A stretch of 42,308 nt of DNA from Gemmatimonadota bacterium (GTDB taxonomy: Bacteria > Gemmatimonadota > Gemmatimonadetes > Gemmatimonadales > GWC2-71-9), in the NCBI GenBank assembly GCA_036679605.1, contig JAZDCZ010000068.1, forward strand, positions 1-42,308, in the 5' to 3' direction. Position numbers and translations under genes: made by a program. Positions 22,192-32,623 of this stretch are shown here, piece by piece (position 1 is the stretch's first letter; each line of letters starts with the position of its first letter). The notes below the pieces were generated by a model, which searched no databases, was not told the DNA's origin, and saw nothing but the letters and a program-made list of their open reading frames with translations.

Positions 22192-25100
22192 CTAGTCGCC
22201 GCCATCACCAGGCACGGCTCCAGCCCGGCCGGGCCACGGCGAGGGGGTTGGGGTCGGCACAGGTGGTGCGGGGGTAGCGGCCGGCGCGCGTGCGGGGGCC
22301 GGTGCGGGGGCGGACGCAGCTCCATCGACCAAAGTGGTGCGGCTGGGGCTGCCGGCCTTGCGGCCCAGATCGACGACGTTGTCGGCCACGTTGGCGGCCA
22401 TGCGCCGCACCGTACCGGCACCCTTGTCGTCCAGGCCGGCATTGGAGGCCTGCTCCTGGGCACTGCCGACCTTGCCGTCTACCGTGCGCTGGCCATGGCT
22501 GACATTGCCTTCCACCATGCGCTTGAATTCCGGATCGAGGTCCGGCGCGCCTTGCGCACGCAGGTGGGCGGCGTCGGCTGGCGGCGTAGCCTGCGACGGG
22601 CGGCCGATGTCGCGCTGGGGCGTGTGGCCACCAGCCGCGTGGTGGGTGGTGGGTCCTGCAGGACGATGAGCGGGCATTGCGGTGGCGGCAGCGGTCGCCA
22701 ATGTCGCAGCTGGCAAGGCCGGCGTCGCTCGCTGGACGGCTTTCTGCAGACCCGAGGTATTCACCCCGGTGTGGTCCGACGGGCTGCCCAGCTCGAAGCT
22801 CTTCATGGAGGTATCACCCGGCGTGAAGCGCATGTGCTGCATCGCCTGGCCTTCTTGCGTGAGGTAGTTCAAGGCCATGGCGCGGTCGGCCGCTGGTGCG
22901 CTCTGGTCCTGAGCCATCAGCACAGCGGCCCGATGGCGGTTGACCAGTTGCTGACCTTCGGGGCTGTTGACCACCCGGTCGGTTGCGCCGTGCGAGGCGT
23001 CGGCCTGTGCCAGCTGCAAATACGGCTTGGCCGCCGCACTCTCGTCGAACTTGCGCCCCTCCAGTGCAGAGAAAGCCGCGAACTCGGGGTTCGCGCGGCT
23101 TTGCCAGAGCAGCTCGGGCGCTTTGATCTGGGCCGAGGCCTGCACGAAGTTGGAGCTCTCATGCAGAGCGCTCGCCGTCGCATCCGACACCGACTTCACC
23201 TCGCTCAATGTTTGCTGGTACGACTCTTGGGTCTGCAGCGTCTGCGTGAGGTCCTTGGCGGCCTGTTGACCGGCACTGGTGTGTCGCGTGGCGGACAGGG
23301 TGTCGTGAATTGAATCGGACAGTGCCTTCGAGTCGTCGTAGGAGGCGTTGGTGCCGGCGTCCCGCGTCGCCTGCAGGCGATCAGAGGCAGTGGTCGAGGT
23401 CTCCATGTTGCCACCTGCTGACAGCGAGAATCCAAAACCTTCCCCAGAAGAGATGCCTGCACTTGCCCCCGCATGCATGCCACCACTGGTGGTGTTTTCG
23501 TTGGCACGAGCACCCGTGACGCCGGTTCCCGAGTGCTGATTCCGGCTGGCGTTACGCCGGGCTTCCCAGCCCTTGACGATCTGTTCGCCGATCGAGTTGT
23601 CAATGCCGAAGCCGCTGAAGTCGTGTTTCTGGGCAGCGGCTGCCCATTGGCGCATGTTGCTCTGTCCTGCCTCGATGCTGGCACTCTGCGTCTGGGCCTT
23701 GGTCAGAACCCGGCTCGCGTCGCGGGACAGGTTGCCGAAGGTGGCACTACTGGAGACCGCTTCCAGCGCGCCATTCATCGCCAGATTGGCTTGGCCATTG
23801 GGTAGTTGAGTCGCGCGTCCCACCGAGCTGTTCTCAAACATCGGCCGTGTGACCGACGGTGCCGGCGCCACGTTGTCGGCCGTTTCGTGGCTCTTGGGGG
23901 CAATGGTCGTGGCCACGCTGGTCATCGCAGACGACTCGCCCAGGCCGAAGATCAGGCTCATCAGCACCGGCAGGCTGGCCATGATGTGCGAGCCCACACC
24001 GATCTGCAGGCTGAGCTGCTTGTAGGCCGCCAGGGTCGACGCTTGGGAGATCCAACCGCCTTGGCGCAGCGACTGCAGGAAATTGGCCACGTCGATCGAA
24101 AGCATGGCGTTAACCAGTTCCGCGCCGACGTTCACCACCAGCAGTGGCCACACCATGATGTGCGCGGCTGTCTTGACGCTCTTCCCCGCTTCGACGCCCA
24201 GGAACATCATGAACATCAGGATCACGGGGCCAAGCCCGATGATGAGCGCGATCAGGTAATTCCCGAAGTTGCCCGCGTAGCGCAGCATCGGAACCTCTGC
24301 CGCAGCCTGCTGCATGTTGTTTCGCTCGATCTCGGCCGCCTGGAGCGCTGTGGCCTGGCAGTTTGTCAGCATGTCGCCACTGGCCTTCAGGCAGTTCAAG
24401 TCGCTCTGCACGAGCTCGGCGAACAGCAGATTCATAAACTCGGCGTTGGCTTGCGCCGCGCCGCCGGTGAACACCCCGCCCAGCGTATTGGCGGTGGCGA
24501 CCGCGTTGTACTTGGCCGCCACGCTATTGAAGCTGTAGTCGGCGCCAGGTACGGGTTGATCCATGCCGTTGACCGCGCCTTGAATGACGCGTGTGAACTC
24601 GACCGAGTTGAGGGCGTTGGTGATGTCGTCCGCCACCTTGTTGGCCGCGTCGTTGCACGACAGGATATTGGTACCGCTCAGGCCCGGATCGTTGACCATG
24701 CCGTTGGTATTGGACGCCGCCTGAAACAGCAAGGCGCCCAGTGCCGTTGGATTCACGCCGTTGATGGCGATTGACCTGGCCGCGGTGGCTCCGGTGTTGC
24801 CGGCGTTCATCACCAACTGGTGCACATTGGCATAGTTGACCCCCGAATCCGGGCCCAGGCATGCAGCCAGCACGGTTTTGATCTCTGAGTCGACACCGCC
24901 CAGGCGCACCATGGCCGAGCGCGACGACAGCAGGACCTTCAGCGGGTTGAGGAAGCCATTGGTGGTGGCCGAGATCGTCGGATACTCCATGTTGACCGAC
25001 TGGAACGCGGTCGAAATCACCGCATTGAGATCCTGAGACAACATGCTTGCGGAGGCCGGAATCACCGAGATGGCCAGCGGGACGTTGTCCACCTGGGTCA

Positions 25101-25407
25101 GCGCGCCATTAATGGTCGATTCAACCTGGACAGTACCTTTGAGGCCGGGATTGGTCAGCACCATGGCCAGAATGAACGGCATGAGGGCGCCCATTGGGCC
25201 GGCGGCCAGCACGGCCGCGCCCTGCCCTGTCGGGCTGCGCAACGCGCCCATGGTGGCCGTGGCGAGCAGGCGCCAGATCGCCACCATCACCGCGAAGCCC
25301 CAGATCATCGCATCCTGCTTACAGATCATCGCGACGCCGTTGAGGATGGCGCTCAGCGTCGTGAGATCGGCGCTCACCGAATAGTAGGTTAGGGTTGGAA
25401 TCGCCAT
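22192..25407 (-). CDS. traG: F-type conjugal transfer protein TraG
   Basis: ILNGVAMI, VDNVPLA motifs, multi-TM N-terminal half, long polar C-terminal half; follows traH. Confidence 0.9.
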   Translation of the reverse strand: MAIPTLTYYSVSADLTTLSAILNGVAMICKQDAMIWGFAVMVAIWRLLATATMGALRSPTGQGAAVLAAGPMGALMPFILAMVLTNPGLKGTVQVESTINGALTQVDNVPLAISVIPASASMLSQDLNAVISTAFQSVNMEYPTISATTNGFLNPLKVLLSSRSAMVRLGGVDSEIKTVLAACLGPDSGVNYANVHQLVMNAGNTGATAARSIAINGVNPTALGALLFQAASNTNGMVNDPGLSGTNILSCNDAANKVADDITNALNSVEFTRVIQGAVNGMDQPVPGADYSFNSVAAKYNAVATANTLGGVFTGGAAQANAEFMNLLFAELVQSDLNCLKASGDMLTNCQATALQAAEIERNNMQQAAAEVPMLRYAGNFGNYLIALIIGLGPVILMFMMFLGVEAGKSVKTAAHIMVWPLLVVNVGAELVNAMLSIDVANFLQSLRQGGWISQASTLAAYKQLSLQIGVGSHIMASLPVLMSLIFGLGESSAMTSVATTIAPKSHETADNVAPAPSVTRPMFENSSVGRATQLPNGQANLAMNGALEAVSSSATFGNLSRDASRVLTKAQTQSASIEAGQSNMRQWAAAAQKHDFSGFGIDNSIGEQIVKGWEARRNASRNQHSGTGVTGARANENTTSGGMHAGASAGISSGEGFGFSLSAGGNMETSTTASDRLQATRDAGTNASYDDSKALSDSIHDTLSATRHTSAGQQAAKDLTQTLQTQESYQQTLSEVKSVSDATASALHESSNFVQASAQIKAPELLWQSRANPEFAAFSALEGRKFDESAAAKPYLQLAQADASHGATDRVVNSPEGQQLVNRHRAAVLMAQDQSAPAADRAMALNYLTQEGQAMQHMRFTPGDTSMKSFELGSPSDHTGVNTSGLQKAVQRATPALPAATLATAAATAMPAHRPAGPTTHHAAGGHTPQRDIGRPSQATPPADAAHLRAQGAPDLDPEFKRMVEGNVSHGQRTVDGKVGSAQEQASNAGLDDKGAGTVRRMAANVADNVVDLGRKAGSPSRTTLVDGAASAPAPAPARAPAATPAPPVPTPTPSPWPGRAGAVPGDGGD

Positions 25408-25419
25408 GAGTTTCCTCGC

Positions 25420-26901
25420 TTACTTGATGCTGGAGGCGGTGAACTTCGTGCCCTCGTTGATTTCGGTGACGATCTTGAGCATGACGTCGCTGTTGTCGCA
25501 CGCCGTGCGCTTGTCCAGGAAGTCGGCGCGCAGCTGCTTGATGTGCGACTTCTGATCTTCGTTCAGGTCATAGCCTGTGGAGGTCTGGATCAGGTTTGCG
25601 CCCTTGTAGAGCGCCTCGCCGACGCGCGACGCGACGCAATCGACAATATGCGGCACCAACCGCTGCGCGATGGCCACACGGGTGTTGGGGTTCGATGTCT
25701 TGGTGAGCAACGCTGACAGCGGCACCCCGGCTTGTTGCATGAACTGGATCTGCGATGCCGAGAAGGCCGTCGACGCACCACTGTTGACCTGTCCAATGAT
25801 CGAGGTGCTGGTGATCGCCAGCGCGGGATCGGCAGAGCCGAACAGCATCGAGTTCACCCAGCCCCGGATGCCGGGGTAGTTGAAATTCACCTGCTGCATT
25901 TGCGTACAGATCTGGTTATCCACTCCGCCCGAGACGCTGCCGTTGGGGTTCATGCACTGGTACAGCTGCAGCGGCATGTCGGGCCGAACCGAGCCCGTTC
26001 CGCCCCCTTCAATCAGGTCGTGCAGCGTCACCAGGGCCGGACCGGAGCAGGTCACCAGGCCGATGGAGTTGTTCGCGGGCGAAGTTGATTGCACGCCTTG
26101 GCCATTGGCATTCAGGCTGTTGCAGGGAATCGCGTCGATGTTGTAGCCGAGCAGCGCATAGAGCAGCTTGTTGTTCAAGCTGTTCGGATTGGTCGGATCA
26201 TCGCTGCTGCCATCCAGATTGCCGAGCCCTGCGAGGCCCATGATGCTCGAACCGCCGGAGGCCACCGCCATTTTTGTCAGAGCGTTGCCGCTCTTCGGAT
26301 TGTTGGCCGACTGTTGCTGCAGATACGAGTTGGCTTGCGAGAGGTAGTTTGTCAGACCACCGAAGACATCGGAGAACATGTTGGACTGCGTGCCGCCCAC
26401 GTTGCCATCGCCGTTCACCGCATTGGACAGCGCCGAAGCCGCCGGGTCGACCACCAGGTGGGCGAGCTGGCAGGAATTCTTGGCCAGGTTGTTCATGTTC
26501 TGCAGCAGCGTCTGGAACTCGGTGATGAGCGCGTCCAGCGAGGGCGAGATGGCCTTGATAGCGGCCTTGAACGCCAGACCCGCCGCATTGGCGGCCACCT
26601 GCCGGAAGATTTGGATCAGCTGCTGGCTGTTGATGAAACTGAACGAACCGCCGAACAGGTCAATGCCGCCACAGCCCGCATCAATGCGGGGCGGGTCGAA
26701 GGTGATCAAGTTGACCGACTTGATCGGAGTGCGCATAGCAAAGCCGCCCATGAACACCCCCACCCGATCCTTGGTGCTCATGGTGCCGGGCGCCGTGGTG
26801 TTGCTCATCACCATCGAGTTGAGGTCGGTCAGAATGCCCGCCGACGCAGCGATCGACATCGTCGCCAGTGCGGCGGCTACCAGCAAGGTCTTCACACGCA
26901 T
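25420..26901 (-). CDS. traH: conjugal transfer protein TraH
   Basis: PPRIDAGCGGIDLFGGSFSFIN signature; NSCQLA. Confidence 0.95.
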   Translation of the reverse strand: MRVKTLLVAAALATMSIAASAGILTDLNSMVMSNTTAPGTMSTKDRVGVFMGGFAMRTPIKSVNLITFDPPRIDAGCGGIDLFGGSFSFINSQQLIQIFRQVAANAAGLAFKAAIKAISPSLDALITEFQTLLQNMNNLAKNSCQLAHLVVDPAASALSNAVNGDGNVGGTQSNMFSDVFGGLTNYLSQANSYLQQQSANNPKSGNALTKMAVASGGSSIMGLAGLGNLDGSSDDPTNPNSLNNKLLYALLGYNIDAIPCNSLNANGQGVQSTSPANNSIGLVTCSGPALVTLHDLIEGGGTGSVRPDMPLQLYQCMNPNGSVSGGVDNQICTQMQQVNFNYPGIRGWVNSMLFGSADPALAITSTSIIGQVNSGASTAFSASQIQFMQQAGVPLSALLTKTSNPNTRVAIAQRLVPHIVDCVASRVGEALYKGANLIQTSTGYDLNEDQKSHIKQLRADFLDKRTACDNSDVMLKIVTEINEGTKFTASSIK

Positions 26902-26910
26902 GTGGCGCTC

Positions 26911-27897
26911 CTAGTATTGCTTCAGTAGATAGGGTTGAAGGGCTTCCCGGAAGGAGCCGGGGCGGTTCGGGTCGAGCTTGAGCTGCTGCAGATCCGTGGT
27001 GCTGGCCACGCCTCGATCCCATACATCTAGGTCGCGCATAACGGCAGCGCTGAGCAGTTTGGTGTTGTGGCCGGCGTAGGCGATCTGCTTGACCAGTTCG
27101 TCTTGCGCGTAGAAGCCCTGGGCCACCACCAGATACCGGTTCGGATCGGCGTCGCCCGCATAGCCCTGAGGTTTCGGTACGTAGACAATGGAAGGCGTGA
27201 GCTTGAGGCCGAGCTTGTTGAAGAGACCGTTGTCCTTGATCACGGCGCCCTTAAAGTCCCGCGGCTTGCTCCCATCGAGGGAGATCACGACGTATTCAAG
27301 GTTGTAACCATTTTTGAGCATTCCCAGCACAGGCAGCTGCATGGCGCAGAAGCGGCAGGTGCTGTCGACAAAGATGACCAGCCCACCCACGCGCGCCAGT
27401 TCCCGCACCGCCTTCTGCTGGGCCTGGTAGTTGGCATTGCGGACCGACAGTGCACCTGTGGAGGCGTACGGCACTCGATTGTTCTCGTCGAGCAGCGGAT
27501 CCTCGCGTACCACCTTGGTCACCATCTCGCTGAAGCGCTGCGCCTTGTCCATGACCACGCGCTTGGCATACATGTAATCCGATACGTTTTCCCGTGTCGG
27601 GTTGTCGATCGCGCGTTCTTCCAGCTTCGGGTACATCTTGCGCAGAAATTCGACACTGGCGGTTTGCGGGCCTTCAGTTTTGGCGTTGGCGCGTGCTGCA
27701 GCCGGGGCCGCAGAAGGCGCCGAGGCTGGGCCGGCGGGTTCCTTGGGTTCCCCCGGTACCACGTAGGGTAGGTAGTTGACGAAGGCGTCCCCGTAGTCGT
27801 CACCGCGTGGCCGTACCGGCTCGGCCAATGCTTGCGAGGTGAACACTGCGGCTACAAGGGCGGTCAGCAGCGGGCGTCGAGACAATGTGTGGCGCAT
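26911..27897 (-). CDS. traF: F-type TraF (thioredoxin fold, CRFC)
   Basis: AIDNPTRENV, DKAQRF, CRFC, ISLDG, TPS motifs; upstream of traH. Confidence 0.9.
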   Translation of the reverse strand: MRHTLSRRPLLTALVAAVFTSQALAEPVRPRGDDYGDAFVNYLPYVVPGEPKEPAGPASAPSAAPAAARANAKTEGPQTASVEFLRKMYPKLEERAIDNPTRENVSDYMYAKRVVMDKAQRFSEMVTKVVREDPLLDENNRVPYASTGALSVRNANYQAQQKAVRELARVGGLVIFVDSTCRFCAMQLPVLGMLKNGYNLEYVVISLDGSKPRDFKGAVIKDNGLFNKLGLKLTPSIVYVPKPQGYAGDADPNRYLVVAQGFYAQDELVKQIAYAGHNTKLLSAAVMRDLDVWDRGVASTTDLQQLKLDPNRPGSFREALQPYLLKQY

Positions 27898-27907
27898 ACC
27901 GTGGCTC

Positions 27908-28432
27908 TTAGAAAACTTTGTAGGCGAAGCCCTCGATCTGTCCCGCATCGAGATAGCCCCAATAGCGCGAGTCGTTCGAGTCGGGGTGTAGGCCTACCAG
28001 AAAGTACTTGCCCGGGGGGATCACCTCGTCGCGTTCAAAGTCCTGCTCGGTGTGCTGGTAGGCGCCGGCCAGTGGTAGACCCTGCACCACCTGGGCACCG
28101 TTAATCCGAACCACACCGTGGTGGATCGACAGGTGATCGCCCGGCACGCCGGCGGCGAGCTTCAAGATGAACGACTCCTTGAAGCCAACCAGTGCGCCGC
28201 TGGGCTTCCAGAACAACAGGTCACCCGAGCGCACGACCTTCGGAGCGTGGTGCACCATGAGGGCGAGGTGCAGATCCGGCAAGCATTTCTCGTCCTGCGG
28301 ATCGAACCCGAAGGTGATGATTGGCTTGTGCCAGAAGCAGGCCACCAGGAGGAGCACCGAGAGGAAAACCGCGAAGAACGGGCTGCGCTGGCCCGATGTG
28401 CCGGAGCTCGCCAGCGGCGCGATCCTACTCAT
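27908..28432 (-). CDS. trhF: S26 signal-peptidase-like pilin maturase (TrhF type)
   Basis: DPQDEKCLP, KLAAGVPGD, SNDSRYWG. Confidence 0.85.
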   Translation of the reverse strand: MSRIAPLASSGTSGQRSPFFAVFLSVLLLVACFWHKPIITFGFDPQDEKCLPDLHLALMVHHAPKVVRSGDLLFWKPSGALVGFKESFILKLAAGVPGDHLSIHHGVVRINGAQVVQGLPLAGAYQHTEQDFERDEVIPPGKYFLVGLHPDSNDSRYWGYLDAGQIEGFAYKVF

Positions 28433-28838
28433 GGCCGGTAGCGCGAGGCGCATTGTTGGCTGGGGCCAAAGCTGGCGCAGGTTGTTGTGCAGGTAGGTTC
28501 ACCGCGGCGCGCAGTTCGTTGGTGATGTCGAGCGTGTTGGTCGGCAGCGCCGCCACCGTCATGTCTCCCTGTTCATTACGGCTGGTGTCGATCACCATGT
28601 AGCCGCGCTCCTGGTAGCGGCGCAAGATGGCCAGGATCGGTTCGGCGACCTGGGCCTTCATCTGCGCTTCGGTTACGCCGGGGCGACTCAGGGCGGCTTC
28701 CAACACCACCGCACCTTTTTCCGCCACGGCAATGTTCTTGGCCGGAGCGGCGGTCTGGTGGCCCACCAGATAGGCAATCACGCATAGCAAGATGACCACT
28801 GAGTACGGCAAACGGTTTGCGGGCACAGTCGCGCTCAT
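28425..28838 (-). CDS. TrbI-like bitopic pilus-dynamics protein
   Basis: N-terminal TM, helical domain ending LDITNEL (TrbI DIT motif); directly after traC as in F. Confidence 0.6.
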   Translation of the reverse strand: MSATVPANRLPYSVVILLCVIAYLVGHQTAAPAKNIAVAEKGAVVLEAALSRPGVTEAQMKAQVAEPILAILRRYQERGYMVIDTSRNEQGDMTVAALPTNTLDITNELRAAVNLPAQQPAPALAPANNAPRATGHE

Positions 28839-31408
28839 TTGATCAGTTCCTTGAGTTCCTTCACGATTTCTTGGCCGCTCAGGCCATCATGTTCGGTGCA
28901 CATTTGCAGGAAACGCTTCATCCATTCGGTACGTCGCGTCTTGGTATCGCCCATGATCTTGTTGACAGCGTCGATCACGTTCCAGCCCTCTTCCATGAGC
29001 GCAAATACGCCGGTGCGCTCGGCACCTTCCGAGCTGAACAACGTTGCAGTGAAACGGTCCACATACAGCCGGCACACCTCATAGGTGTTGTCCCCCATGA
29101 TCAACTTCTCGCTCCAAAAGCCTTTTCTGGACTCGACACTGCGCAGCAGTCGGTTGAAATAAGCATCATTGGAGAAGGCGGAGAGGATCTTTTTGTCGAC
29201 GACCGCATCGATCTCTTCCGCTTCTTGAGCCATGACCACTTTCCAGGCGGACTGGCGCAAAATGACCTGGCCGGCCGGGTACTCGGCCAGCTTGAGCAGA
29301 GATTGGACGATCAGCCATACCGCGATCTCGTCCTTACGCCCCTTCAGGTACAGACCTTCCAAAGCATCAGCCGCTGCGGGAACCTTGATCAGGTCCTGCG
29401 CCTCATCGACGTAGATGCGCTTGCGCCCCTTGATGCTCTTCACGCGGGTCATCAAGGTGTTGAGACAGCAGAACACCACGCAGCGCTTCAGATGCGCGTC
29501 GTCGCCCAGCTTGCCGATCTCGAATACCGTGAGCTGCTTGGTTGGGTCCAGCGAGCTGGGGCCGCGAAAGTACACTCCGCGCGTCGGTGATTCGATGAAG
29601 GCCTTGAGGCGGGGGATCAAGTTGACGGCGGCGATTTCCACCTGGCTCTTGATCTCGTTCTCGATCGAGGCCTGCACAGTCGACTCCAGTGCATAGATGA
29701 CTGTGGAAATCTCAGCCTTATCACCCGCCTTGCCCCACGCGGCTTTGACCGCCTCATTGGCGGCGATGCGCGCCCCAGGATCCGGCGTTTCATTGTCATA
29801 GGCCATCAGCAGCATCAGAGAGGTGATGGTTTCCTGCTGCTCATTGAACTCGTCGGACGTGAGGCCAGTGAATGGTGTCAATGACGGGTGATAGCCGTTG
29901 CCGCCAAATTCGTTGTACTCCCCACCCACCGCGTGGCAATACTTCTTGTTGCTGCCGCCGTTGTCGAACAGAACCACCCATGAGCCATCGGCCAGATCAC
30001 AGTTGATCTGGTATTGCAGGTCAAACGACTTGCCGGAACCCGACATGGCGGCTTGGACGCCGCAGAAATTGGAGTTGCTGACAAAGGGATCGAAGTGGAA
30101 GCCACTCCCGCGGCGCGTCAAATAGGTGGCGCCCGTGGTGGGGAACTTCTTGTTCACATTGCCCAAAAAGTCGCCGTAGACCGCCAGCAGGCATCCGACG
30201 TCAGACGCGGCCATGACCGCTTCGCCCTTCAGCTTGTCTGCGATGGTCGAGGCGAAGTTCATCGGCAAGGCCTGGGCCCAGCGTACCAGGCCGGTACCGA
30301 GCACGTCTCGGCCGTCGAAGCCAAGCTTGTCCAGCGTGTTCTTGACGGTGGATGTCCCCGAGGTCACTTCATCTCGGGTGCGGCCGAACACGAAGATGTT
30401 GGTGGAGGCAAAGACGTACTTGTTGCCGTCCTCGCCGACCTTCTTGTTGAGGGCTTCAAGATCGTTAAGCTTGGCGATCGGATCTTCCGAGCCAAGCTTG
30501 ATGGGCAGGTTCTGATTGGTTTTGCGTGAGCGGATCGCACTATCCATGCGGGTCTGCTCGCGGCGCTGATTCGCCACTCTCACGGTGGTAGTGATCAGGA
30601 ACGGCGTTCCAAGGCGCTGGCCACCGCCCTCGGCCGTAGGTCCTTTGTTGAACGGGGCCCCGCTAACGAGGTTCATGATGCCGTGGAACGGCTCTACGGG
30701 ATACGACTTGGTGGTGACCACTCCGCAGTAGGTATTGTCGCTGAGGGTGCCGATGCGCTTGTCTGAGAAATCGAACTCTTCATCCGTGCCATAGATCTGC
30801 AGTCGAAGATCCAACACCTGATCGAGGTCGACCTCTTCGTACGGCTGGTAGACGCGGGCAAACTGGCGGTAGACCCCAGCCAGCTGACCGGCATTCATTC
30901 GATAGGCATCGTGAAAGCCGCAATCTTTCAGATTGGTCAGGAACTCATTCTGCAAGTGGTCGGCGCTGTCAAGCGCTTCGTCATCGACCTTGCGATTAGG
31001 CACCGCCAGCGACATGAACACTCGCCGGCAGTTGATCAGCGGCATGTCGACCAGAGTCCCCGTGGACAAAGCTTGCGTCAACAGGGTCTTTTGCCGGGCA
31101 ATCAACTCCTGCACCACGGGTCCGCCATGCACCTTGCCCTTCGCAAACGCCTCCGGCACGTCGTGATCCGGTGACACCAGCAGGCTCACCTGGATCACCG
31201 AGTCGTCGGGAACCGCCTTAAAGACGTTCTGGACCACCGTACTGAATTCGCCACCGCCGCCCGAGAGTGGGCTCATCGAGTACACGGCGCCGACATAGGG
31301 GCGGTCAGTGTGAAACTTGCTGACCATCAGGTTGGTGTCTTCCGTGTAGGTCTCAAGATTGACCACACTGCTGGCGGGCACCGTGCGTTTGCTTTTGAAC
31401 AGGGACAT
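28835..31408 (-). CDS. traC: VirB4-family ATPase TraC
   Basis: AMSGSGKS Walker A, FDNGGS, YVDEA Walker B, GRK..IVQS. Confidence 0.95.
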   Translation of the reverse strand: MSLFKSKRTVPASSVVNLETYTEDTNLMVSKFHTDRPYVGAVYSMSPLSGGGGEFSTVVQNVFKAVPDDSVIQVSLLVSPDHDVPEAFAKGKVHGGPVVQELIARQKTLLTQALSTGTLVDMPLINCRRVFMSLAVPNRKVDDEALDSADHLQNEFLTNLKDCGFHDAYRMNAGQLAGVYRQFARVYQPYEEVDLDQVLDLRLQIYGTDEEFDFSDKRIGTLSDNTYCGVVTTKSYPVEPFHGIMNLVSGAPFNKGPTAEGGGQRLGTPFLITTTVRVANQRREQTRMDSAIRSRKTNQNLPIKLGSEDPIAKLNDLEALNKKVGEDGNKYVFASTNIFVFGRTRDEVTSGTSTVKNTLDKLGFDGRDVLGTGLVRWAQALPMNFASTIADKLKGEAVMAASDVGCLLAVYGDFLGNVNKKFPTTGATYLTRRGSGFHFDPFVSNSNFCGVQAAMSGSGKSFDLQYQINCDLADGSWVVLFDNGGSNKKYCHAVGGEYNEFGGNGYHPSLTPFTGLTSDEFNEQQETITSLMLLMAYDNETPDPGARIAANEAVKAAWGKAGDKAEISTVIYALESTVQASIENEIKSQVEIAAVNLIPRLKAFIESPTRGVYFRGPSSLDPTKQLTVFEIGKLGDDAHLKRCVVFCCLNTLMTRVKSIKGRKRIYVDEAQDLIKVPAAADALEGLYLKGRKDEIAVWLIVQSLLKLAEYPAGQVILRQSAWKVVMAQEAEEIDAVVDKKILSAFSNDAYFNRLLRSVESRKGFWSEKLIMGDNTYEVCRLYVDRFTATLFSSEGAERTGVFALMEEGWNVIDAVNKIMGDTKTRRTEWMKRFLQMCTEHDGLSGQEIVKELKELIK

Positions 31409-31439
31409 CAGAGGAATCTCTCGCGCGGTAGAACAAGAC

Positions 31440-31460
31440 GGCGTGCCGTAGAGGCACGCC
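31440..31460 (-). terminator. hairpin downstream of the pilin gene (attenuator or mRNA stabilizer)
   Basis: GGCGTGCC-N5-GGCACGCC followed on the minus strand by GTCTTGTTCT. Confidence 0.45.
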
Positions 31461-31481
31461 GGATCGGGGCATGTCCGCAGC

Positions 31482-31886
31482 TCAGGATCGCAGCGGCGGC
31501 ACGACGCTTGCCGGCAACTTCTTGGGCGTCGAGATCCCAGTCGGCACGCCGGTGGCGGTGGCGATCGTCTGGACCAGCGAAGGCCCGATCAGTGCAACGG
31601 CCAGGATGCCGAGCACCACGACAAGATTGCGATAGCCTTGGCCGTGCGCGAGTTGCCAGATGGTGACGATCAGCACGAGCATGATCAGTGCCATTACCAG
31701 CGTGCTGCTGAGCATCGACTCAATCGTTGCCTTGAGCGAGTCCCAAGCACTCGCAGCCAGGGCGGTGCCGCCATTGAGCGCCCCGACCGAGATGAGCATG
31801 GCGCCCATGACGACACAGATGGCCAATACGGGCCCGACACTGCGGTACGGCTTGCTTTCCAGAGTTGCTGCAGACAGTTGCTTCAT
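31482..31886 (-). CDS. traA: conjugative pilin precursor (TraA/TrhA type)
   Basis: Long leader ending ALA-A, two hydrophobic helices, GPSLV motif; between traV and traC. Confidence 0.8.
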   Translation of the reverse strand: MKQLSAATLESKPYRSVGPVLAICVVMGAMLISVGALNGGTALAASAWDSLKATIESMLSSTLVMALIMLVLIVTIWQLAHGQGYRNLVVVLGILAVALIGPSLVQTIATATGVPTGISTPKKLPASVVPPLRS

Positions 31887-31900
31887 AGGATCCTCTTTTG

Positions 31901-32623
31901 TTACTGGGGCATGGTTGAAGTGGGCGGAGTGCCCGGGCTATTTTCAGCAGCCACGGGAGCGTCCCCCGGCTGGATGAAATCGGTGCGTGACGCGGAGTCG
32001 GCCGTTGTCTTGTTGGCCGTGGCCGGTTTGGCATCGGCCAGGCGGTGGGGGTACACACCGCGTTGGGCTGTCGCGGGATTGCCGCCATCGAAGCCTGCCC
32101 AACGGGTCGAGATGATTTCCTTGTAGACCATGGTGTCGCCCGTCAACATGTCATTGCCGTCCACGAAGTGCTTGATCCAGACCCGTTGCACGACGGGGCC
32201 CTCCCGCACGGGCATGCCTGCAAGGGGGCCCGCTTCACGCATGGCGGCATGCGGCAAAGGCATCCTCTCGGCACGGCCGGTGCCGCTGCCCTCGCCTGCC
32301 GTGCGGATTGCTTCGCCGCTACCGGACACCAGGCGGTTACCCGAATCGACGCGACGGCCCTCGCCGACCGGTGCAATCTCGGTCGCCTTGTCGTACTGGC
32401 TGAACTTCAGTTCACGGTCGAACCGACTGTCCGGCAGTTCGCCGTGCGTTGAGGCCTCTACCGCGCGGAAGCTATGGCAGTAGATGCTGCTGGGGTCCTG
32501 CTTGCGGTTGCAGTCGTAGGTGTTGGTGCCGATCGGGTTGAACGCGTTGGAGCACCCACTCAAGGTCCCGACCAGCATGGTCGGCAGGAGCGCGAGGAAT
32601 AGTCGAGCGGTCACGGGCGTCAT
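31901..32623 (-). CDS. traV: lipoprotein TraV
   Basis: Lipobox LSGC, Cys pair YDC...YCHS, PVREGPVVQRVWI..FVD motif. Confidence 0.9.
   Translation of the reverse strand: MTPVTARLFLALLPTMLVGTLSGCSNAFNPIGTNTYDCNRKQDPSSIYCHSFRAVEASTHGELPDSRFDRELKFSQYDKATEIAPVGEGRRVDSGNRLVSGSGEAIRTAGEGSGTGRAERMPLPHAAMREAGPLAGMPVREGPVVQRVWIKHFVDGNDMLTGDTMVYKEIISTRWAGFDGGNPATAQRGVYPHRLADAKPATANKTTADSASRTDFIQPGDAPVAAENSPGTPPTSTMPQ

Noticed and set aside
22183..24774. Long + strand ORFs (376 aa, 322 aa) opposite traG
   Set aside because: Antisense shadows of a GC-rich gene; Arg/Gly/His-rich with no motifs
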